Source: Balanoglossus misakiensis (taxonomy: Eukaryota; Animalia; Hemichordata). Taken from it: a stretch of DNA of 64,000 nucleotides. Below are positions 1 to 14,877 of the stretch, in pieces. The notes below the pieces were generated by a model. It worked only from the letters and a program-made list of their open reading frames with translations, made no database searches and was not told where the DNA came from. The stretch is taken from contig CM082578.2 of the NCBI GenBank assembly GCA_040954595.2, positions 11,663,166 to 11,727,165 on the forward strand, in the 5' to 3' direction. The number at the start of each line of letters is the position of its first letter. Within the stretch, counting starts at the first letter, position 1. Both the position numbers and the translations under genes were made by a program.

Positions 1-3000
1 TCATGGGTTATAGCTCATGAAAATCATCAGAAAATGACAATTTTTCGACTTTGCGAAATTTCAAAATTTCGTCGATTTTTGAAAAAATCATGGGTTATAG
101 CTCATGAAAATCATCAGAAAATGACAATTTTTCGACTTTGCGAAATATCAAAATTTCGTCGATTTTTGAAAAAATCATGGGTTATAGCTCATGAAAATCA
201 TCACAAAATGACAATTTTTCGACTTTGCGAAATTTCAAAATTTAGTCGATTTTTGAAAAAATCATGGGTTATAGCTCATGAAAATCATCAGAAAATGACA
301 ATTTTTCGAATTTGCGAAAGTTCAAAATTTCTTCATTTTTGAAAAAATCATGGGTTATAGCTCATGAAAATCATCCAGAAATGACAATTTTTCGAATTTG
401 CGAAAGTTCTAAATTTCTTCATTTTTTGAAAAAATCATGGGTTATAGCTCATGAAAATCATCCAGAAATGACAATTTTTCGACTTTGCGAAATTTCAAAA
501 TTTAGTCGATTTTTGAAAAAATCATGGGTTATAGCTCATGAAAATCATCAGAAAATGACAATTTTTCGACTCTGCGAAATTTCAAAATTTCGTCGATTTT
601 TGAAAAAATCATGGGTTATAGCTCATGAAAATCATCAGAAAATGACAATTTTTCGAATTTGCGAAAGTTCAAAATTTCTTCATTTTTGAAAAAATCATGG
701 GTTATAGCTCATGAAAATCATCAGAAAATGACAATTTTACGACTTTGCGAAATTTCAAAATTTCGTCGATTTTTTAAAAAATCATGGGTTATAGCTCATG
801 AAAATCATCAGAAAATGACAATTTTACGACTTTGCGAAATTTCAAAATTTCGTCGATTTTTGAAAAAATCATAGCTCATGAAACTCATCAGAAAATGACA
901 ATTTTTCGACTTTGCGAAATTTCAAAATTTCGTCGATTTTTGAAAAAAATCATGGGTTATAGCTCATGAAAATCATCAGAAAATGACAATTTTTCGACTT
1001 TGCGTAATTTCAAAATTTCTTCGATTTTTGAAAAAATAATGGGTTATAGCTCATGGAAAATCATCAGAAAATGACAATTTTTTGACTTTGCGAAATTTCA
1101 AAATTTCGTCGATTTTTGAAAAAATCATGGGTTATAGCTCATGAAAATCATCAGAAAATGACAATTTTTCGACTTTGCGAAATTTCAAAATTTCGTCGAT
1201 TTTTGAAAAAATCATGGGTTATAGCTCATGAAAATCATCAGAAAATGACAATTTTACGACTTTGCGAAATTTCAAAATTTCGTCGATTTTTGAAAAAATC
1301 ATGCGTTATAGCTCATGAAAATCATCAGAAAATGACAATTTTACGACTTTGCGAAATTTCAAAATTTCGTCGATTTTTGAAAAAATCATGGGTTATAGCT
1401 CATGAAAATCATCACAAAATGACAATTTTTCGACTTTGCGAAATTTCAAAATTTCGTCGATTTTTGAAAAAATCATGGGTTATAGCTCATGAAAATCATC
1501 AGAAAATGACAATTTTTCGACTTTGCGAAATTTCAAAATTTCGTCGATTTTTGAAAAAATCATGGGTTATAGCTCATGAAAATCATCAGAAAATGACAAT
1601 TTTTCGACTTTGCGAAATTTCAAAATTTCGTCGATTTTTGAAAAAATCATGGGTTATAGCTCATGAAAATCATCAGAAAATGACAATTTTTCGACTTTGC
1701 GAAATTTCAAAATTTCGTCGATTTTTGAAAAAATCATGGGTTATAGCTCATGAAAATCATCAGAAAATGACAATTTTTCGACTTTGCGAAATTTCAAAAT
1801 TTCGTCGATTTTTGAAAAAATTATGGGTTATAGCTCATGAAAATCATCAGAAAATGACAATTTTTCGACTTAGCGAAATTTCAAAATTTCGTCGATTTTT
1901 GAAAAAATCATGGGTTATAGCTCATGAAAATCATCAGAAAATGACAATTTTTCGACTTTGCGAAATTTCAAAATTTCGTCGATTTTTGAAAAAATCATGG
2001 GTTATAGCTCATGAAAATCATCAGAAAATGACAATTTTTCGACTTTGCGAAATTTCAAAATTTCGTCGATTTTTGAAAAAATCATGGGTTATAGCTCATG
2101 AAAATCATCAGAAAATGACAATTTTTCGACTTTGCGAAATATCAAAATTTCGTCGATTTTTGAAAAAATCATGGGTTATAGCTCATGAAAATCATCAGAA
2201 AATGACAATTTTTCGACTTTGCGAAATTTCAAAATTTCGTCGATTTTTGAAAAAATCATGGGTTATAGCTCATGAAAATCATCAGAAAATGACAATTTTT
2301 CGACTTTGCGAAATTTCAAAATTTCGTCGATTTTTGAAAAAATCATGGGTTATAGCTCATGAAAATCATCAGAAAATGACAATTTTTCGACTTTGCGAAA
2401 TATCAAAATTTCGTCGATTTTTGAAAAAATCATGGGTTATAGCTCATGAAAATCATCAGAAAATGACAATTTTTCGACTTTGCGAAATATCAAAATTTCG
2501 TCGATTTTTGAAAAAATCATGGGTTATAGCTCATGAAAATCATCAGAAAATGACAATTTTTCGACTTTGCGAAATTTCAAAATTTCGTCGATTTTTGAAA
2601 AAATCATGGGTTATAGCTCATGAAAATCATCAGAAAATGACAATTTTTCGACTTTGCGAAATATCAAAATTTCGTCGATTTTTGAAAAAATCATGGGTTA
2701 TAGCTCATGAAAATCATCACAAAATGACAATTTTTCGACTTTGCGAAATTTCAAAATTTAGTCGATTTTTGAAAAAATCATGGGTTATAGCTCATGAAAA
2801 TCATCAGAAAATGACAATTTTTCGAATTTGCGAAAGTTCAAAATTTCTTCATTTTTGAAAAAATCATGGGTTATAGCTCATGAAAATCATCCAGAAATGA
2901 CAATTTTTCGAATTTGCGAAAGTTCTAAATTTCTTCATTTTTTGAAAAAATCATGGGTTATAGCTCATGAAAATCATCCAGAAATGACAATTTTTCGACT

Positions 3001-6000
3001 TTGCGAAATTTCAAAATTTAGTCGATTTTTGAAAAAATCATGGGTTATAGCTCATGAAAATCATCAGAAAATGACAATTTTTCGACTCTGCGAAATTTCA
3101 AAATTTCGTCGATTTTTGAAAAAATCATGGGTTATAGCTCATGAAAATCATCAGAAAATGACAATTTTTCGAATTTGCGAAAGTTCAAAATTTCTTCATT
3201 TTTGAAAAAATCATGGGTTATAGCTCATGAAAATCATCCAGAAATGACAATTTTTCGAATTTGCGAAAGTTCTAAATTTCTTCATTTTTTGAAAAAATCA
3301 TGGGTTATAGCTCATGAAAATCATCAGAAAATGACAATTTTTCGACTTTGCGAAATTTCAAAATTTAGTCGATTTTTGAAAAAATCATGGGTTATAGCTC
3401 ATGAAAATCATCAGAAAATGACAATTTTTCGAATTTGCGAAAGTTCTAAATTTCTTCATTTTTTGAAAAAATCATGGGTTATAGCTCATGAAAATCATCA
3501 GAAAATGACAATTTTTCGACTTTGCGAAATTTCAAAATTTAGTCGATTTTTGAAAAAATCATGGGTTATAGCTCATGAAAATCATCAGAAAATGACAATT
3601 TTTCGACTCTGCGAAATTTCAAAATTTCGTCGATTTTTGAAAAAATCATGGGTTATAGCTCATGAAAATCATCAGAAAATGACAATTTAACGACTCTGCG
3701 AAATTTCAAAATTTCGTCGATTTTTGAAAAAATCATGGGTTATAGCTCATGAAAATCATCAGAAAATGAAAATTTTTCGACTTTGCGAAATATCAAAATT
3801 TCGTCGATTTTTGAAAAAATCATGGGTTATAGCTCATGAAAATCATCAGAAAATGACAATTTTTCGACTTTGCGAAATATCAAAATTTCGTCGATTTTTG
3901 AAAAAATCATGGGTTATAGCTCATGAAAATCATCAGAAAATGACAATTTTTCGACTTTGCGAAATTTCAAAATTTCGTCGATTTTTGAAAAAATCATGGG
4001 TTATAGCTCATGAAAATCATCAGAAAATGACAATTTTTCGACTTTGCGAAATATCAAAATTTCGTCGATTTTTGAAAAAATCATGGGTTATAGCTCATGA
4101 AAATCATCAGAAAATGACAATTTTTCGACTCTGCGAAATTTCAAAATTTCGTCGATTTTTGAAAAAATCATGGGTTATAGCTCATGAAAATCATCAGAAA
4201 ATGACAATTTTTCGACTTTGCGAAATTTCAAAATTTCGTCGATTTTTGAAAAAATCATGGGTTATAGCTCATGAAAATCATCAGAAAATGACAATTTTTC
4301 GACTTTGCGTAATTTCAAAATTTCGTCGATTTTTGAAAAAATCATGGGTTATAGCACATGAAAATCATCAGAAAATGACAATTTTTCGACTTTGCGAAAT
4401 TTCAAAATTTCGTCGATTTTTGAAAAAAATCATGGGTTATAGCTCATGAAAATCATCAGAAAATGAAAATTTTTCGACTTTGCGTAATTTCAAAATTTCG
4501 TCGATTTTTGAAAAAATCATGGGTTATAGCTCATGAAAATCATCAGAAAATGACAATTTTTCGACTTTGCGAAATATCAAAATTTCGTCGATTTTTGAAA
4601 AAATCATGGGTTATAGCTCATGAAAATCATCAGAAAATGACAATTTTTCGACTTTGCGAAATATCAAAATTTCGTCGATTTTTGAAAAAATCATGGGTTA
4701 TAGCTCATGAAAATCATCAGAAAATGACAATTTTTCGACTTTGCGAAATTTCAAAATTTCGTCGATTTTTGAAAAAATCATGGGTTATAGCTCATGAAAA
4801 TCATCAGAAAATGACAATTTTTCGACTTTGCGAAATATCAAAATTTCGTCGATTTTTGAAAAAATCATGGGTTATAGCTCATGAAAATCATCAGAAAATG
4901 ACAATTTTTCGACTTTGCGAAATTTCAAAATTTAGTCGATTTTTGAAAAAATCATGGGTTATAGCTCATGAAAATCATCAGAAAATGACAATTTTTCGAC
5001 TTTGCGAAATTTCAAAATTTCGTCGATTTTTGAAAAAATCATGGGTTATAGCTCATGAAAATCATCAGAAAATGACAATTTTACGACTCTGCGAAATTTC
5101 AAAATTTCGTCGATTTTTGAAAAAATCATGGGTTATAGCTCATGAAAATCATCAGAAAATGACAATTTTTCGACTCTGCGAAATTTCAAAATTTCGTCGA
5201 TTTTTGAAAAAATCATGGGTTATAGCACATGAAAATCATCAGAAAATGACAATTTTTCGACTTTGCGAAATTTCAAAATTTCGTCGATTTTTGAAAAAAT
5301 CATGGGTTATAGCTCATGAAAATCATCAGAAAATGACAATTTTTCGACTCTGCGAAATTTCAAAATTTCGTCGATTTTTGAAAAAATCATGGGTTATAGC
5401 ACATGAAAATCATCAGAAAATGACAATTTTTCGACTTTGCGAAATTTCAAAATTTCGTCGATTTTTGAAAAAATCATGGGTTATAGCTCATGAAAATCAT
5501 CAGAAAATGACAATTTTTCGACTTTGCGAAATTTCAAAATTTCGTCGATTTTTGAAAAAATCATGGGTTATAGCTCATGAAAATCATCAGAAAATGACAA
5601 TTTTTCGACTTTGCGAAATTTCAAAATTTCGTCGATTTTTGAAAAAATCATGGGTTATAGCTCATGAAAATCATCAGAAAATGACAATTTTTCGACTTTG
5701 CGAAATATCAAAATTTCGTCGATTTTTGAAAAAATCATGGGTTATAGCTCATGAAAATCATCAGAAAATGACAATTTTTCGACTTTGCGAAATATCAAAA
5801 TTTCGTCGATTTTTGAAAAAATCATGGGTTATAGCTCATGAAAATCATCAGAAAATGACAATTTTTCGACTTTGCGAAATTTCAAAATTTCGTCGATTTT
5901 TGAAAAAATCATGGGTTATAGCTCATGAAAATCATCAGAAAATGACAATTTTTCGACTTTGCGAAATATCAAAATTTCGTCGATTTTTGAAAAAATCATG

Positions 6001-9000
6001 GGTTATAGCTCATGAAAATCATCACAAAATGACAATTTTTCGACTTTGCGAAATTTCAAAATTTAGTCGATTTTTGAAAAAATCATGGGTTATAGCTCAT
6101 GAAAATCATCAGAAAATGACAATTTTTCGAATTTGCGAAAGTTCAAAATTTCTTCATTTTTGAAAAAATCATGGGTTATAGCTCATGAAAATCATCCAGA
6201 AATGACAATTTTTCGAATTTGCGAAAGTTCTAAATTTCTTCATTTTTTGAAAAAATCATGGGTTATAGCTCATGAAAATCATCCAGAAATGACAATTTTT
6301 CGACTTTGCGAAATTTCAAAATTTAGTCGATTTTTGAAAAAATCATGGGTTATAGCTCATGAAAATCATCAGAAAATGACAATTTTTCGACTCTGCGAAA
6401 TTTCAAAATTTCGTCGATTTTTGAAAAAATCATGGGTTATAGCTCATGAAAATCATCAGAAAATGACAATTTTTCGAATTTGCGAAAGTTCAAAATTTCT
6501 TCATTTTTGAAAAAATCATGGGTTATAGCTCATGAAAATCATCCAGAAATGACAATTTTTCGAATTTGCGAAAGTTCTAAATTTCTTCATTTTTTGAAAA
6601 AATCATGGGTTATAGCTCATGAAAATCATCAGAAAATGACAATTTTTCGACTTTGCGAAATTTCAAAATTTAGTCGATTTTTGAAAAAATCATGGGTTAT
6701 AGCTCATGAAAATCATCAGAAAATGACAATTTTTCGACTCTGCGAAATTTCAAAATTTCGTCGATTTTTGAAAAAATCATGGGTTATAGCTCATGAAAAT
6801 CATCAGAAAATGACAATTTAACGACTCTGCGAAATTTCAAAATTTCGTCGATTTTTGAAAAAATCATGGGTTATAGCTCATGAAAATCATCAGAAAATGA
6901 AAATTTTTCGACTCTGCGAAATTTCAAAATTTCGTCGATTTTTGAAAAAATCATGGGTTATAGCTCATGAAAATCATCAGAAAATGACAATTTTTCGACT
7001 CTGCGAAATTTCAAAATTTCGTCGATTTTTGAAAAAATCATGGGTTATAGCTCATGAAAATCATCAGAAAATGACAATTTTTCGAATTTGCGAAAGTTCA
7101 AAATTTCTTCATTTTTGAAAAAATCATGGGTTATAGCTCATGAAAATCATCCAGAAATGACAATTTTTCGAATTTGCGAAAGTTCTAAATTTCTTCATTT
7201 TTTGAAAAAATCATGGGTTATAGCTCATGAAAATCATCAGAAAATGACAATTTTTCGACTTTGCGAAATTTCAAAATTTAGTCGATTTTTGAAAAAATCA
7301 TGGGTTATAGCTCATGAAAATCATCAGAAAATGACAATTTTTCGACTCTGCGAAATTTCAAAATTTCGTCGATTTTTGAAAAAATCATGGGTTATAGCTC
7401 ATGAAAATCATCAGAAAATGACAATTTAACGACTCTGCGAAATTTCAAAATTTCGTCGATTTTTGAAAAAATCATGGGTTATAGCTCATGAAAATCATCA
7501 GAAAATGAAAATTTTTCGACTCTGCGAAATTTCAAAATTTCGTCGATTTTTGAAAAAATCATGGGTTATAGCTCATGAAAATCATCAGAAAATGACAATT
7601 TTACGACTCTGCGAAATTTCAAAATTTCGTCGATTTTTGAAAAAATCATGGGTTATAGCTCATGAAAATCATCAGAAAATGACAATTTTTCGACTTTGCG
7701 AAATATCAAAATTTCGTCGATTTTTGAAAAAATCATGGGTTATAGCTCATGAAAATCATCAGAAAATGACAATTTTTCGACTTTGCGAAATTTCAAAATT
7801 TCGTCGATTTTTGAAAAAATCATGGGTTATAGCTCATGAAAATCATCAGAAAATGACAATTTTTCGACTTTGCGAAATATCAAAATTTCGTCGATTTTTG
7901 AAAAAATCATGGGTTATAGCTCATGAAAATCATCAGAAAATGACAATTTTTCGACTCTGCGAAATTTCAAAATTTCGTCGATTTTTGAAAAAATCATGGG
8001 TTATAGCTCATGAAAATCATCAGAAAATGACAATTTTTCGACTTTGCGAAATTTCAAAATTTCGTCGATTTTTGAAAAAATCATGGGTTATAGCTCATGA
8101 AAATCATCAGAAAATGACAATTTTTCGACTTTGCGTAATTTCAAAATTTCGTCGATTTTTGAAAAAATCATGGGTTATAGCACATGAAAATCATCAGAAA
8201 ATGACAATTTTTCGACTTTGCGAAATTTCAAAATTTCGTCGATTTTTGAAAAAAATCATGGGTTATAGCTCATGAAAATCATCAGAAAATGAAAATTTTT
8301 CGACTTTGCGTAATTTCAAAATTTCGTCGATTTTTGAAAAAATCATGGGTTATAGCTCATGAAAATCATCAGAAAATGACAATTTTTCGACTTTGCGAAA
8401 TATCAAAATTTCGTCGATTTTTGAAAAAATCATGGGTTATAGCTCATGAAAATCATCAGAAAATGACAATTTTTCGACTTTGCGAAATATCAAAATTTCG
8501 TCGATTTTTGAAAAAATCATGGGTTATAGCTCATGAAAATCATCAGAAAATGACAATTTTTCGACTTTGCGAAATTTCAAAATTTCGTCGATTTTTGAAA
8601 AAATCATGGGTTATAGCTCATGAAAATCATCAGAAAATGACAATTTTTCGACTTTGCGAAATATCAAAATTTCGTCGATTTTTGAATAAATCATGGGTTA
8701 TAGCTCATGAAAATCATCAGAAAATGACAATTTTTCGACTTTGCGAAATTTCAAAATTTAGTCGATTTTTGAAAAAATCATGGGTTATAGCTCATGAAAA
8801 TCATCAGAAAATGACAATTTTTCGACTCTGCGAAATTTCAAAATTTCGTCGATTTTTGAAAAAATCATGGGTTATAGCTCATGAAAATCATCAGAAAATG
8901 ACAATTTTACGACTCTGCGAAATTTCAAAATTTCGTCGATTTTTGAAAAAATCATGGGTTATAGCTCATGAAAATCATCAGAAAATGACAATTTTTCGAC

Positions 9001-12000
9001 TCTGCGAAATTTCAAAATTTCGTCGATTTTTGAAAAAATCATGGGTTATAGCACATGAAAATCATCAGAAAATGACAATTTTTCGACTTTGCGAAATTTC
9101 AAAATTTCGTCGATTTTTGAAAAAAATCATGGGTTATAGCTCATGAAAATCATCAGAAAATGACAATTTTTCGACTTTGCGTAATTTCAAAATTTCGTCG
9201 ATTTTTGAAAAAATCATGGGTTATAGCTCATGAAAATCATCAGAAAATGACAATTTTTCGACTTTGCGAAATATCAAAATTTCGTCGATTTTTGAAAAAA
9301 TCATGGGTTATAGCTCATGAAAATCATCAGAAAATGACAATTTTTCGACTTTGCGAAATATCAAAATTTCGTCGATTTTTGAAAAAATCATGGGTTATAG
9401 CTCATGAAAATCATCAGAAAATGACAATTTTTCGACTTTGCGAAATTTCAAAATTTCGTCGATTTTTGAAAAAATCATGGGTTATAGCTCATGAAAATCA
9501 TCAGAAAATGACAATTTTTCGACTTTGCGAAATATCAAAATTTCGTCGATTTTTGAAAAAATCATGGGTTATAGCTCATGAAAATCATCAGAAAATGACA
9601 ATTTTTCGACTTTGCGAAATTTCAAAATTTAGTCGATTTTTGAAAAAATCATGGGTTATAGCTCATGAAAATCATCAGAAAATGACAATTTTTCGACTCT
9701 GCGAAATTTCAAAATTTCGTCGATTTTTGAAAAAATCATGGGTTATAGCTCATGAAAATCATCAGAAAATGACAATTTTACGACTCTGCGAAATTTCAAA
9801 ATTTCGTCGATTTTTGAAAAAATCATGGGTTATAGCTCATGAAAATCATCAGAAAATGACAATTTATCGACTCTGCGAAATTTCAAAATTTCGTCGATTT
9901 TTGAAAAAATCATGGGTTATAGCTCATGAAAATCATCAGAAAATGACAATTTTTCGACTTTGCGAAATTTCAAAATTTCGTCGATTTTTGAAAAAATCAT
10001 GGGTTATAGCTCATGAAAATCATCAGAAAATGACAATTTTTCGACTTTGCGTAATTTCAAAATTTCGTCGATTTTTGAAAAAATCATGGGTTATAGCACA
10101 TGAAAATCATCAGAAAATGACAATTTTTCGACTTTGCGAAATTTCAAAATTTCGTCGATTTTTGAAAAAAATCATGGGTTATAGCTCATGAAAATCATCA
10201 GAAAATGAAAATTTTTCGACTTTGCGTAATTTCAAAATTTCGTCGATTTTTGAAAAAATCATGGGTTATAGCACATGAAAATCATCAGAAAATGACAATT
10301 TTTCGACTTTGCGAAATTTCAAAATTTCGTCGATTTTTGAAAAAATCATGGGTTATAGCTCATGAAAATCATCAGAAAATGACAATTTTACGACTCTGCG
10401 AAATTTCAAAATTTCGTCGAGTTTTGAAAAAATCATGGGTTATAGCTCATGAAAATCATCAGAAAATGACAATTTTACGACTCTGCGAAATTTCAAAATT
10501 TCGTCGAGTTTTGAAAAAATCATGGGTTATAGCTCATGAAAATCATCAGAAAATGACAATTTTTCGACTTTGCGAAATTTCAAAATTTCGTCGATATTTG
10601 AAAAAATCATGGGTTATAGCTCATGAAAATCATCAGAAAATGACAATTTTTCGACTTTGCGAAATTTCAAAATTTCGTCGATTTTTGAAAAAATCATGGG
10701 TTATAGCTCATGAAAATCATCAGAAAATGACAATTTTTCGACTTTGCGAAATTTCAAAATTTCGTCGATTTTTGAAAAAATCATGGGTTATAGCTCATGA
10801 AAATCATCAGAAAATGACAATTTTTCGACTTTGCGAAATTTCAAAATTTCGTCGATTTTTGAAAAAATCATGGGTTATAGCTCATGAAAATCATCAGAAA
10901 ATGACAATTTTTCGACTTTGCGAAATTTCAAAATTTCGTCGATTTTTGAAAAAATCATGGGTTATAGCTCATGAAAATCATCAGAAAATGACAATTTTTC
11001 GACTTTGCGAAATTTCAAAATTTCGTCGATTTTTGAAAAAATCATGGGTTATAGCTCATGAAAATCATCAGAAAATGACAATTTTTCGACTTTGCGAAAT
11101 ATCAAAATTTCGTCGATTTTTGAAAAAATCATGGGTTATAGCTCATGAAAATCATCAGAAAATGACAATTTTTCGACTTTGCGAAATTTCAAAATTTCGT
11201 CGATTTTTGAAAAAATCATGGGTTATAGCTCATGAAAATCATCAGAAAATGACAATTTTTCGACTTTGCGAAATTTCAAAATTTCGTCGATTTTTGAAAA
11301 AATCATGGGTTATAGCTCATGAAAATCATCAGAAAATGACAATTTTTCGACTTTGCGAAATTTCAAAATTTCGTCGATTTTTGAAAAAATCATGGGTTAT
11401 AGCTCATGAAAATCATCAGAAAATGACAATTTTTCGACTTTGCGAAATATCAAAATTTCGTCGATTTTTGAAAAAATCATGGGTTATAGCTCATGAAAAT
11501 CATCAGAAAATGACAATTTTTCGACTTTGCGAAATATCAAAATTTCGTCGATTTTTGAAAAAATCATGGGTTATAGCTCATGAAAATCATCAGAAAATGA
11601 CAATTTTTCGACTTTGCGAAATTTCAAAATTTCGTCGAATTTTGAAAAAATCATGGGTTATAGCTCATGAAAATCATCAGAAAATGACAATTTTTCGACT
11701 TTGCGAAATATCAAAATTTCGTCGATTTTTGAAAAAATCATGGGTTATAGCTCATGAAAATCATCAGAAAATGACAATTTTTCGACTTTGCGAAATTTCA
11801 AAATTTAGTCGATTTTTGAAAAAATCATGGGTTATAGCTCATGAAAATCATCAGAAAATGACAATTTTTCGACTCTGCGAAATTTCAAAATTTCGTCGAT
11901 TTTTGAAAAAATCATGGGTTATAGCTCATGAAAATCATCAGAAAATGACAATTTTACGACTCTGCGAAATTTCAAAATTTCGTCGATTTTTGAAAAAATC

Positions 12001-14877
12001 ATGGGTTATAGCTCATGAAAATCATCAGAAAATGACAATTTTACGACTCTGCGAAATTTCAAAATTTCGTCGATTTTTGAAAAAATCATGGGTTATAGCT
12101 CATGAAAATCATCAGAAAATGACAATTTTTCGACTCTGCGAAATTTCAAAATTTCGTCGATTTTTGAAAAAATCATGGGTTATAGCTCATGAAAATCATC
12201 AGAAAATGACAATTTTTCGACTTTGCGAAATTTCAAAATTTCGTCGATTTTTGAAAAAATCATGGGTTATAGCTCATGAAAATCATCAGAAAATGACAAT
12301 TTTTCGACTTTGCGTAATTTCAAAATTTCGTCGATTTTTGAAAAAATCATGGGTTATAGCACATGAAAATCATCAGAAAATGACAATTTTTCGACTTTGA
12401 GTAATTTCAAAATTTCGTCGATTTTTGAAAAAATCATGGGTTATAGCTCATGAAAATCATCAGAAAATGACAATTTTTCGACTTTGCGTAATTTCAAAAT
12501 TTCGTCGATTTTTGAAAAAATCATGGGTTATAGCACATGAAAATCATCAGAAAATGACAATTTTTCGACTTTGCGAAATTTCAAAATTTCGTCGATTTTT
12601 GAAAAAATCATGGGTTATAGCTCATGAAAATCATCAGAAAATGACAATTTTACGACTCTGCGAAATTTCAAAATTTCGTCGAGTTTTGAAAAAATCATGG
12701 GTTATAGCTCATGAAAATCATCAGAAAATGACAATTTTTCGACTTTGCGAAATTTCAAAATTTCGTCGATATTTGAAAAAATCATGGGTTATAGCTCATG
12801 AAAATCATCAGAAAATGACAATTTTTCGACTTTGCGAGATTTCAAATTTTCGTCGATTTTTGAAAAAAATCATGGGTTAAAGCTCATAAAAATCATCAGA
12901 AAATGACAATTTTTCGACTTTGCGAAATTTCAAAATTTCGTCGATTTTTGAAAAAATCATGGGTTATAGCTCATGAAAATCATCAGAAAATGACAATTTT
13001 ACGACTTTGCGAGATTTCAAAATTTCATCGATTTTTTGAAAAAATCATGGGTTATAGCTCATGAAAATCATCAGAAAATGACAATTTTTCGACTTTGCGA
13101 AATTTCAAAATTTCGTCGATTTTTGAAAAAAATCATGGGTTATAGCTCATGAAAATCATCAGAAAATTACAATTTTACGACTTTGCGAGATTTCAAAATT
13201 TTGTCGATTTTTGAAAAAATCATGGGTTATAGCTCATGAAAATCATCAGAAAATGACAATTTTTCGACTTTGCGAAATTTCAAAATTTCGTCGATTTTTG
13301 AAAAAATCGTGGGTTATAGCTCATGAAAATCATCAGAAAATGACAATTTTTCGACTTTGCGAAATTTCAAAATTTCGTCTATTTTTGAAAAAAATCGTGG
13401 GTTATAGCTCATGAAAATCATCAGAAAATGACAATTTTTCGACTTTGCGAAATTTCAAAATTTCGTCGATTTTTGAAAAAATCATGGGTTATAGCTCATG
13501 AAAATCATCAGAAAATCACAATTTTACGACTCTGCGTTATTTCAAAATTTCGTCGATTTTTGGAAAAAATCATGGGTTATAGCTCATGAAAATCATCAGA
13601 AAATGACAATTTTACGACTTTGCGAGATTTCAAAATTTCGTCGATTTTTGAAAAAATCATGGGTTATAGCTCATGAAAATCATCAGAAAATGACAATTTT
13701 ACGACTTTGCGAAATTTCAAAATTTCGTCGACCTTTGAAAAAATCATGGGTTATAGCTCATGAAAATCATCAGAAAATGACAATTTTTCGACTTTGCGAA
13801 ATTTCAAAATTTCGTCGATTTTTGAAAAAATCATGGGTTATAGCTCATGAAAATCATCGGAAAATGACAATTTTTCGACTTTGCGAAATTTCAAAATTTC
13901 GTCGATTTTTGAAAAAATCATGGGTTATAGCACATGAAAATCATCAGAAAATGACAATTTTTCGACTTTGCGAAATTTCAAAATTTCGTCGATTTTTGAA
14001 AAAATCATGGGTTATAGCTCATGAAAATCATCAGAAAATGACAATTTTTCGACTTTGCGAAATTTCAAAATTTCGTCGATTTTTGAAAAAATCATGGGTT
14101 ATAGCTCATGAAAATCATCAGAAAATGACAATTTTTCGACTTTGCGAAATTTCAAAATTTCGTCGATTTTTGAAAAAATCATGGGTTATAGCTCATGAAA
14201 ATCATCATGAAAATGACAATTTTACGACTTTGCGAGATTTCAAAATTTCGTCGATTTTTTAAAAAATCATGGGTTATAGCTCATGAAAATCATCAGAAAA
14301 TTACAATTTTACGACTTTGCGAAATTTCAAAATTTCGTCGATTTTTGAAAAAATCATGGGTTATAGCTCATGAAAATCATCAGAAAATGACAATTTTTCG
14401 ACTTTGCGAAATTTCATAATTTCATCGATTTTTGAAAAAAATCATGGGTTATAGCACATGAAAATCATCAGAAAATGACAATTTTACGACTTTGCGAAAT
14501 TTCAAAATTTCGTCGATTTTTGAAAAAATCATGGGTTATAGCTCATGAAAATCATCACAAAATGACAATTTTACGACTTTGCGAAATTTCAAAATTTCGT
14601 CGATTTTTGAAAAAATCATGGGTTATAGCTCATGACAATCATCAGAAAATGACAATTTTTCGACTTTGCGAAATTTCAAAATTTCGTCGATTTTTGAAAA
14701 AAATCATGGGTTATAGCTCATGAAAATCATCAGAAAATGACAATTTTTCGACTTTGCGAAATTTCAAAACTTCGTCGATTTTTGAAAAAATCATGGGTTA
14801 TAGCTCATGAAAATCATCAGAAAATGACAATTTTTCGACTTTGGGAAATTTCAAAATTTCGTTGATTTTTGAAAAAA

